Assembly (NCBI GenBank): GCA_030167145.1
Contig: CP126532.1
Coordinates: 690,001 to 722,000 of the forward strand
DNA: 32,000 nt
Reading direction: 5' to 3'
DNA from: Ktedonobacterales bacterium
Lineage (GTDB): Bacteria > Chloroflexota > Ktedonobacteria > Ktedonobacterales > JADMIN01
Shown here: one piece after another, positions 9,511 to 15,970 of the stretch
Numbering within the stretch: the stretch's first letter is position 1
How the letters are laid out: each line of letters opens with the position of its first letter
Notes under the pieces: model-generated
What the model saw: only the letters and a program-made list of their open reading frames with translations
Database searches by the model: none
What the model was told of the DNA's origin: nothing
Translations under genes and position numbers: made by a program

Positions 9511-10644
9511 TCAATATCCGCTGCCAATCAGTTCTTCGGGTAGCGACGGCATCGCTTCTGGCAGCGGGGCGCTCGACGTACCACACTCTCTCTTTTCCCC
9601 ATCCCTACCAGGGAGGGGGTCGGGGGGTAGGTCAGTGATGGCGGCGCGCAGGCGACGGGTGAGTTGAGCAATCGCGCGCAAGGTCGACGGGTCTATCGTC
9701 TGGTCAGCGTCGGAGAGCGCGGCGTCCGGGTGCGGACTCATCTCGATCAGCAGGCCATCCGCCCCGGCGGCAATCGCGGCGGCGCTCATCGGCAGAATCA
9801 GCTCGCGGCGGCCCGTGCCGTGGCTGGGGTCCACCAGCACCGGCAGATGCGTCAGCGTGCGCAGCAGTGGCACGGCGGCCAGGTCCAGCAGGTTGCGCGT
9901 TTGTGGATCGAAGCCACGAATGCCGCGTTCGCAGAGGATGATATGCGGATTGCCCTCGGCGAGCAGATATTCGGCGGCGAGCAGCCACTCATCAATCGTC
10001 GCGGCGAACCCGCGCTTGAGCAGCACAGGACGGCCAGAGCGTCCGGCGGCGCGCAGCAGCGGGAAATTCTGCATATTGCGGCTACCGATCTGCAACACAT
10101 CGGCGAATTCGGCCACATCGGCGACAAGGGAAGGCTCCATCACCTCGGTGACGACCGGCAGCCCAGCGGCTGCGCCCGCCTGTGCCAGCAGCTCCAGCCC
10201 GCGCAACCCCAATCCCTGGAAGGCATATGGCGACGTGCGCGGCTTGAACGCGCCACCGCGCAGCAGGTGCGCGCCCGCGTCGCGTGCGGCCAGCGCGGCT
10301 TCGCGCATCTGGTCTTCGCCCTCCACAGAGCAGGGACCAGCGATGATCACCGGCTCGCCACCTCCGATGACCACGCTCCCCACCCGTACACGCGTAGCAT
10401 CGGGATGTACGGCGCGACTAGCCAGCGCGTAAGGCGTGGTAATGGGGATGAGCCGTGCCACCTGGGGCAGCGCGGTGATGCGGGCGATGATCGCGTCGGT
10501 ATAGGTCAGGCCGGGGAGATAGAGCAGCCACGCGCCGCTCTCTTGCGGCAGGCTGATGGGATCATGCGCTCCCAATTCAGCGAGCAGATGCGCCACCTCG
10601 GCGCGTTGCTCAGGCGCGGCGTCTTCGCGAAGCAAAACGACCAT
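9511..10644 (-). CDS. aroF: 3-deoxy-7-phosphoheptulonate (DAHP) synthase, class I-beta, with N-terminal ferredoxin-like regulatory domain
   Basis: Core motifs are present: GPCSVE, LRGGAFKPRTSPYAFQGLG, KRGF and LVDPSH. The N-terminus MVVLLRED parallels my recollection of the Thermotoga-type enzyme (MIVVLKPG). The start at 10644 has GAGAGGG about 6 nt upstream, so I prefer it over the track start at 10701. The C-terminus carries a Pro-rich extension of about 40 aa. Confidence 0.9.
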   Translation of the reverse strand: MVVLLREDAAPEQRAEVAHLLAELGAHDPISLPQESGAWLLYLPGLTYTDAIIARITALPQVARLIPITTPYALASRAVHPDATRVRVGSVVIGGGEPVIIAGPCSVEGEDQMREAALAARDAGAHLLRGGAFKPRTSPYAFQGLGLRGLELLAQAGAAAGLPVVTEVMEPSLVADVAEFADVLQIGSRNMQNFPLLRAAGRSGRPVLLKRGFAATIDEWLLAAEYLLAEGNPHIILCERGIRGFDPQTRNLLDLAAVPLLRTLTHLPVLVDPSHGTGRRELILPMSAAAIAAGADGLLIEMSPHPDAALSDADQTIDPSTLRAIAQLTRRLRAAITDLPPDPLPGRDGEKRECGTSSAPLPEAMPSLPEELIGSGY

Positions 10645-10844
10645 ACCGACCCTCTCATTTCCAATCGCGGCGCGCATCACGGTGTACGCGCCCGCCAGCA
10701 ACCACTACCCATCGCGGCTCGTGCCCCGGACATTGATGGCCGGGAGAACAGAAGCTCCGCGTTGCGGTACGGCGTCGTGGGAGGGAGCTGAACCCACGAC
10801 CGCTGGCGAATTGGGCGGGACCACATGAGATGGCCGTGGGCAAC

Positions 10845-10873
10845 AAAAAAGCAGAGGAATACATTTCCTCTGC
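10845..10873 (-). terminator. Intrinsic terminator inside the aroF leader (candidate attenuator terminator)
   Basis: Read on the minus strand: GCAGAGGAA (10873-10865), loop ATGTA, TTCCTCTGC (10859-10851), then TTTTTT (10850-10845). The stem is 9 perfect bp and is preceded by AA that can extend it onto the U-tract. Confidence 0.75.
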
Positions 10874-10927
10874 TTGCCCCCCGACCTGCCGTGGCTCCGC
10901 ACTTCTGCCAGAACAAACGGCCCACCG

Positions 10928-11011
10928 TCATGCCGGGGGGCAACGATACCACCAATACTCTGGCTGGCTGGTCTGTATGCGGTTGTCTAACAGACTGTTG
11001 AGTTTGTTCAT
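10928..11011 (-). CDS. Candidate 27-aa leader peptide MNKLNSLLDNRIQTSQPEYWWYRCPPA with a Tyr-Trp-Trp-Tyr run
   Basis: ATG at 11011 begins 9 nt after the -10 hexamer, so the mRNA would be nearly leaderless. Codons 19-22 are TAT TGG TGG TAT (10957-10946) and the stop TGA is at 10930-10928. The ORF is too short for the ORF track; I translated it by hand from the reverse complement. Confidence 0.5.
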   Translation of the reverse strand: MNKLNSLLDNRIQTSQPEYWWYRCPPA

Positions 11012-11020
11012 GGCACTTAG

Positions 11021-11049
11021 AGTATAGGGCGCGCACGTCGCTCTGTCAA
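11021..11049 (-). promoter_or_regulatory. Near-consensus sigma70-type promoter (TTGACA-17-TATACT)
   Basis: On the minus strand: TTGACA at 11049-11044, an exactly 17-nt spacer, and TATACT at 11026-11021. It starts 19 nt after the stop of the 1587-aa gene. Confidence 0.7.
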
Positions 11050-11067
11050 GGCTGGCGGAATGCACGT

Positions 11068-14000
11068 TCAGCCGGTGACTTCGTAGATCGTGACGCCCTG
11101 GTTGTTATACACCGTCCGCAGGATGCCCTGCTGTTCGAGCGTCTGGAACTTGGCGATGGCGTCGGGCGACATCGGCACACAGGTATCGCCCTCCTTTACG
11201 TAGCAGGTGCGTTCCAAATCGCCGAGATACACGTACTTTACGCCGTACTGCGCCAGGAAGCTCCGCGCTGCCTCTGGGTCCGGCGTGCTCCAGAACGACT
11301 CCACATCGGCCTGGCGCACATAGACCTCGTTTTGGTAGCGCTGCTCTAGCTCGTGCCCTTCGCTCAGCACGGCGGGCAGCCCAGTATAAACCGAGACGCG
11401 CCCCTGCCAGTTATAGACGCCGCTACTGGCCTCCACGATCACCGGCGCGCCCGCGATGTGGTCGTTCATCCAGGTGATGGCCGCGTAGTCGCCGGGATAC
11501 CAGCCGCGCATGTAGGCCATGCCATCCAGCGAGAGGCCCTGCGGCTGGAGTCCGCCGGGAGGTGGCTGCACCTCCGCCCAGATGAGCGGATCCTGAAGTC
11601 GAGCCTGTGTCCCTTCGACGAGAAAGACCGATGAGCCGAAGATCAGCAGCAGCAAAGCCCCCAGCCACGCCGCCCGCGCCAGCCTGACCGCCCCGCCAAC
11701 GGGCCGCCACCCCACATATGCCTCGTCGGGTGAGGTATGCGCCGTCGCTCGCATGTACGCCCGCGCCGCCAGCAGCCGCCGCACGATGTAGGCGAAGGCC
11801 AGCGCGCCCCCCAGCGCGAAGAGAGTCCACACCTGATAGTAGAACTTGAAGACCGTATTCATGCGCTCCCAGTCGGAGTTATCCAGCCAGTCGCGAACGT
11901 AGATGACCTCGACGCCAAACGCGATGCCCAGGCCCAGCAGCAGTAGCATATACGTGAAGAGCCGCGCGGGCGCGTGGCGCGGATTGAGCGCCAGGTACAG
12001 CCCCAGCGCGATCAACACCAGCAGCAGCGCCTTGACGCTCGCCAGATAGGCGATGAACACCACCGCGCCGTAGATCAGCAGCAGCGTCCACGAGCGCGCA
12101 TCCCAGACGTTCGCCTCCATGCCGTCCTCGCCGTTCGGGTCGCGGCTGACGCCAAGGCGGTCGCGCAGTTCCAGGAAGAAGAAGCTGACGATCAGGAAGA
12201 GCCAGAGGCCGAAGACGGTGAAGAAGAGAATGGGCGCGGTGGGCGTGGTGACGGGTCCAGTGCCGGAGACGAAGTTCTGGAAATTGCTGTGGAACGGCAG
12301 ATACAGCGCGTAGGTCGCCGCCAGCGTCAGCCCCAGCGCCATGCCATAGTTGCGCAGCGTGGGCCAGTTGAAGATGCGCGCCCCAATCGCGCGCCACGTG
12401 CCCTTCGCGCCGACGGGCAGCAGCCAGATCGCCAGCGCCACGGCGAAGAGCAGCGCATAGGTGGGCACATCCCACGTGTTCGTACACCACGCCGCGCCTA
12501 GCGCCAGCGCCACCGCCGCCAGTGTCGGGGTGATGCCACGCCAGTCCACCGCCCCTACCGCCTGTGTTCCCTCCCTTGAAGGCCGAGAGCGTGGAGACTG
12601 AGAGCCGCCCGCCACCAGCGAGGCGCAGCACGCGATCAGCAGCACCACAATGGGCAAATCAATCAGATGCGCGTGCAGGTCGGCGTAGAGGAAGCTCCAG
12701 TACGGGAACTCGTTGATGGTGAAGGGAATCACGCGGCTGCTCTGCCAGTAGTCGAAGGGCGGCGCGGGAAAATGCGCCAGCACCGCGCGCCACTGGCCGA
12801 TGAGCTGCCCCAGGCCGTCGAGGTTGCCCACCACCATCAAGCCGAGGCCACCCGCCAGCCCGGCCCACCAGCGTTTCGTAAGCCCCGCGACGACAGAGAA
12901 CGCGCCAGTGAAGGTGACGGCGAAGAGCAGCGGGATAGCGAGATTGAAGGCCGTGGTGGGCACGATGCCAGTGAGCTTGATGAGCACGGCGATGAGATAC
13001 TGACCGTAGTAGTAGTAATTGATGTAGCCGCCTGCGAACCACGGGTCCAGCGGCGGCATATAGCGGCTGCGCAGAATCGCGTTCAGATAGGCCAACTCCA
13101 TCGGCTTCTCGCCGCCGCGCCAAATATGCCAGAGGTCCGGGTCGAGCGCGCGAATCCAGGCGAAGAACAGGAAGGCTACCAGGAACGCGCCCTCGCAGAT
13201 CACCAGCAGCCGCCAGCGTTCGCGTACAAAGGCCCATATCTGCTCGCGCCGCCACCAGGAGAGCGCGCCCCCCGCCACCGCCAGCAGCGCGAACACGCCA
13301 ATCACCGCCCAGCGGTCGAACGGCAGGATGTGCAGACTGGACGGCAGCCAGACGAGCCAGGCCAGCAGTAGCAGCCCCAGCAGCTTTGCCAATCCCCAGC
13401 CACGGTCGCGCAGGCCGGGGAAGACGAAATAGGCGAATGGAAAGCTGATGAGGCCAAGCAGTTCGACGACCAGCAGCCACCAGATAAGTGGTAGCTGATT
13501 GGCGATGCTGTTGGCGGGGAACTGCACGCCCAGCGGTTGCGATTGCGCGTCGGCGGCGATGTCTTGCGGCGAGAGCAGGAGCGACTTCTCCGCGCCGGAG
13601 CGGCTGTACGCCGGGGGAAGATTCAGGCCGCTGGTGAGCAACGTCAGCAGTTGCTCCTGGCTCAGCCCCGCGCCCGTTTTGGTAAAGATCCACACCGGCG
13701 GATGATCGTAGACCGAATAGCTCTCGTCCGCGCCGCTATCATTGAGCGTGAAGCCGAGGAAGTGCGGCGACGTCTGGAACTGCGCCGCCAGCGTGAAGCC
13801 GAGCTTGCCCGCGAAAAGCAACTGATAGTAGCGCGTCGTCATCGGGTAGCGGTCGGGCAGCTTCGGTATCGAGCGCAGTAACCGCTGGCTGCTGATAATT
13901 ACTACATCGGCGCTGGCAAGCTGGCTGGCAAGCTGCTGCGCCTTGGCGGGGGTATCGTCGTCATAGAGATTCAGGCCAATATTGCCGTATTCGCCAGGGT

Positions 14001-15831
14001 TAATCATCTGCCCGGACGCGGTATAGCCGATACCTAGCTTATCAGTGCGTGCGGGTGGCACATAGATCGGCAACGGATCGTCCCAGACTTCGCTGGTCAG
14101 CGTCGCACCAGGGCGGATGTGGTCGTAGATCCATTCGGATGCCTGGACGCGGGTATTTGGTGCGCTATACACATTCACCAGCGCCAGCGTGAGGACCAGC
14201 GATGACGCCAGCACCAGCGCCACCAGCGCGACGCTGAGTGTGCGCCACCAGCCCGCGCCCCACTGTCGCGAGAGCCGCGCCACCAGCGGGATGGCGAAAG
14301 GGTCGCATAGCCACGCACGGACGGCGGCGGTACGGCTGGCTGGCACATCTGTTGCGTCCGCGGTTGTGCGCTCGCGAATACGGCGCGTGCCCCACGCGGC
14401 GAAGGCCACCAGCGCGGCGGCCCCGCAGATGGCGAGCGGCGCGAAGACCGGCAGCATATAGCGCGTGAACTTCATGTAGGCGCTGCCGATGACGGCGAAG
14501 TAGCCCACCAGCCAGACGACAACTATCGTCCAGTCGTTATTCAGCGTGCGCCAGAGCCGCGACGCCGCCCACGTGAAGCCCGCCAGGCCAAGCAGGCCCA
14601 GCGGCAGGCCCATGTCATAGAGCAGCATCTGCTGAATCTGATAGACGAAGGGCGTCTCATTGGTGAACTGGCGCACGTAGGGATAGTCGAGTTGCCCGCG
14701 CGAGAGCATCGTTTGCTCGTTCACCTGCGCGCGGAAGGTCTGCCAGTCTATCAGCACATACGGGCTGGTGATGAGGAAGGCCAGAATCGCGGCGGAGACG
14801 ATGCCCAGCAGCGCCAGCAGCGCCTCGTCGAAGCCACGCCGTCGCAGGCGCAGCGCCAGCGCCACCAGCACCGGCGCGAGCAGCGGCAGCGCGCTCACCT
14901 TCACCGCCAGCGCCAGCCCTGCGCCCACGCCGATGAAGAGGCCCGCGCGCCATGCCTGCCAGATCTCGCGGCGCGGCTGCTCGTTCTCGTCGCCGTCCTC
15001 CGAAGCAGTCGTATGGCGTGGACGCGGCCCCTGCGCCAGCCGTACACAGCCGAGCAGCGTCAGCAGCACGAAAAAGAGCAGCAGCGTATCCACGGCGTAG
15101 AAGTGCGACACCTGGACCTCGAACGCGGTGGTCGCGACGAACGCCGCCGCCAGCAGCCCGGCCCAGCGTCCGGCGAGCCGCCGCGCGATCAGCCCACTGA
15201 GCAGCACCGAGCCAGCGTCGAAGAGCGCGGAGAGAAACCGCCCGACCAGCGTGAAATGGTTGAAGTCGTCCCACGTGCCGCCATCTGATGGCGCGAAGTG
15301 GCCGCCGGTGGCATGGGTCAGCCAGGCCAGCCCATGGGCCACGGCGGCGAGCAGGTATTGCGGCAGCGTGCCGTAGGCGAAGAAATGCGGGTTCAGCGGC
15401 GAGGCCGGCGAGAAGAACCACCCTGGCCCAGTATAAGCCGGATCGCAGCCGGCAGCGCGCGGTGTGCCGGGGAAGGAGAGGCAGATGGACTTGAAGACGA
15501 TTTCCCGCTCGTCGGGGTGGAGATGATTGTTGGCGTCCCAGTTGATACCATACAGCCGTGGCAGCAGCGCCAGCAGCGTAATTCCCAGCAGCGCCCACAG
15601 CGTCCAGTCTTGCCGTGCGGCCCAGCGTCGCAGTGCGCCAAGCGCCACACCTAGCAGCACGCCAGGCTGCCAGCGGATGGCAGCGGCGCGAGATGACATT
15701 TGCTCAGGCACGTCGGTCTGTGTGGTGGGGAGTGACACTGGTGGCGTGAGCGCGGCAGCGGCGCTGGACGTGCGTCCGCCAGACGCCCCTACGCGGACGC
15801 GGCGCCCGCGTCGCATTCGCTTGTCTCGCAC
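11068..15831 (-). CDS. Giant (1587 aa) polytopic membrane protein with two tandem GT-C-like / DUF2298 (Chlor_Arch_YYY-type) modules
   Basis: GTG start at 15831 has GGAGGA 6 nt upstream. There are dozens of hydrophobic segments. A YYYYG motif (INYYYYGQYLIAVL; 13003-13017) lies in the second half and a degenerate copy (HFFAYGTLPQYLLAAV; 15370-15384) in the first. The N-terminal HPDERE loop resembles GT39/ArnT-type first-loop acidic motifs. The C-terminal soluble domain (GLSLDGMAYM...VYTGLPAVLSEGHELEQRY...YVYLGDLER) matches my recollection of DUF2298 proteins. Confidence 0.85.
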   Translation of the reverse strand: MRDKRMRRGRRVRVGASGGRTSSAAAALTPPVSLPTTQTDVPEQMSSRAAAIRWQPGVLLGVALGALRRWAARQDWTLWALLGITLLALLPRLYGINWDANNHLHPDEREIVFKSICLSFPGTPRAAGCDPAYTGPGWFFSPASPLNPHFFAYGTLPQYLLAAVAHGLAWLTHATGGHFAPSDGGTWDDFNHFTLVGRFLSALFDAGSVLLSGLIARRLAGRWAGLLAAAFVATTAFEVQVSHFYAVDTLLLFFVLLTLLGCVRLAQGPRPRHTTASEDGDENEQPRREIWQAWRAGLFIGVGAGLALAVKVSALPLLAPVLVALALRLRRRGFDEALLALLGIVSAAILAFLITSPYVLIDWQTFRAQVNEQTMLSRGQLDYPYVRQFTNETPFVYQIQQMLLYDMGLPLGLLGLAGFTWAASRLWRTLNNDWTIVVVWLVGYFAVIGSAYMKFTRYMLPVFAPLAICGAAALVAFAAWGTRRIRERTTADATDVPASRTAAVRAWLCDPFAIPLVARLSRQWGAGWWRTLSVALVALVLASSLVLTLALVNVYSAPNTRVQASEWIYDHIRPGATLTSEVWDDPLPIYVPPARTDKLGIGYTASGQMINPGEYGNIGLNLYDDDTPAKAQQLASQLASADVVIISSQRLLRSIPKLPDRYPMTTRYYQLLFAGKLGFTLAAQFQTSPHFLGFTLNDSGADESYSVYDHPPVWIFTKTGAGLSQEQLLTLLTSGLNLPPAYSRSGAEKSLLLSPQDIAADAQSQPLGVQFPANSIANQLPLIWWLLVVELLGLISFPFAYFVFPGLRDRGWGLAKLLGLLLLAWLVWLPSSLHILPFDRWAVIGVFALLAVAGGALSWWRREQIWAFVRERWRLLVICEGAFLVAFLFFAWIRALDPDLWHIWRGGEKPMELAYLNAILRSRYMPPLDPWFAGGYINYYYYGQYLIAVLIKLTGIVPTTAFNLAIPLLFAVTFTGAFSVVAGLTKRWWAGLAGGLGLMVVGNLDGLGQLIGQWRAVLAHFPAPPFDYWQSSRVIPFTINEFPYWSFLYADLHAHLIDLPIVVLLIACCASLVAGGSQSPRSRPSREGTQAVGAVDWRGITPTLAAVALALGAAWCTNTWDVPTYALLFAVALAIWLLPVGAKGTWRAIGARIFNWPTLRNYGMALGLTLAATYALYLPFHSNFQNFVSGTGPVTTPTAPILFFTVFGLWLFLIVSFFFLELRDRLGVSRDPNGEDGMEANVWDARSWTLLLIYGAVVFIAYLASVKALLLVLIALGLYLALNPRHAPARLFTYMLLLLGLGIAFGVEVIYVRDWLDNSDWERMNTVFKFYYQVWTLFALGGALAFAYIVRRLLAARAYMRATAHTSPDEAYVGWRPVGGAVRLARAAWLGALLLLIFGSSVFLVEGTQARLQDPLIWAEVQPPPGGLQPQGLSLDGMAYMRGWYPGDYAAITWMNDHIAGAPVIVEASSGVYNWQGRVSVYTGLPAVLSEGHELEQRYQNEVYVRQADVESFWSTPDPEAARSFLAQYGVKYVYLGDLERTCYVKEGDTCVPMSPDAIAKFQTLEQQGILRTVYNNQGVTIYEVTG

Positions 15832-15970
15832 CTGTTTCCTCCGGCGCGGTGGGCAACGACTCTCTCACATCGGACGCACATTGTTGCGCTGATGCGCCCA
15901 ACACGAGTGTAACACCGCCGTATCGCAGCCGCAACGCGCCTGGGACGCACGGCGCAGCTCGCTCATCCGG

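Noticed and set aside
9335-9667. 110-codon plus-strand ORF with AAGGAGG immediately before its ATG
   Set aside because: The SD abuts the start codon with essentially no spacer. The ORF is antisense to the aroF 3' end and its product is low-complexity and basic. I keep it only as a note within the aroF-tail finding.
9664-10791. Long antisense shadow ORFs in the track: for example 9664..10791 (+) opposite aroF, 22060..23025 (+) opposite aroC, 27841..28755 (-) opposite the ABC ATPase, 6586..7194 (+) opposite pyrG, and 12659..13693, 14657..15598 and others inside the giant gene
   Set aside because: They lie opposite, or out of frame with, genes that have unambiguous conserved motifs. Their products are Arg/Ala/Gly/Pro-rich low-complexity sequences typical of stop-codon-poor frames in GC-rich DNA. 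They have no SD or promoter support.
10774-10800. tRNA T-arm-like GGGTTCAGCTCCC within an 8-bp hairpin (minus strand)
   Set aside because: The loop does not fit the TTCRANY consensus (G at the conserved A position). No acceptor, D or anticodon arms can be built around it.
10866-10892. SRP-RNA-like string CAGGTCGGGGGGCAAGCAG (minus strand) in the aroF leader
   Set aside because: The positions that pair around the tetraloop in SRP RNA do not pair here, GGGG is not a GNRA loop, and the 3' part belongs to the terminator stem.
10930-10965. T-box-like sequence on the minus strand (AGTATTGGTGGTATCGTTGCC resembles the conserved GGGTGGTACCGCG T-box core) upstream of aroF
   Set aside because: The resemblance comes from the TAT TGG TGG TAT codons of the short ORF. 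The leader is too short for Stem I with a specifier loop. The T-box-like segment is about 80 nt from the terminator rather than forming its alternative antiterminator.
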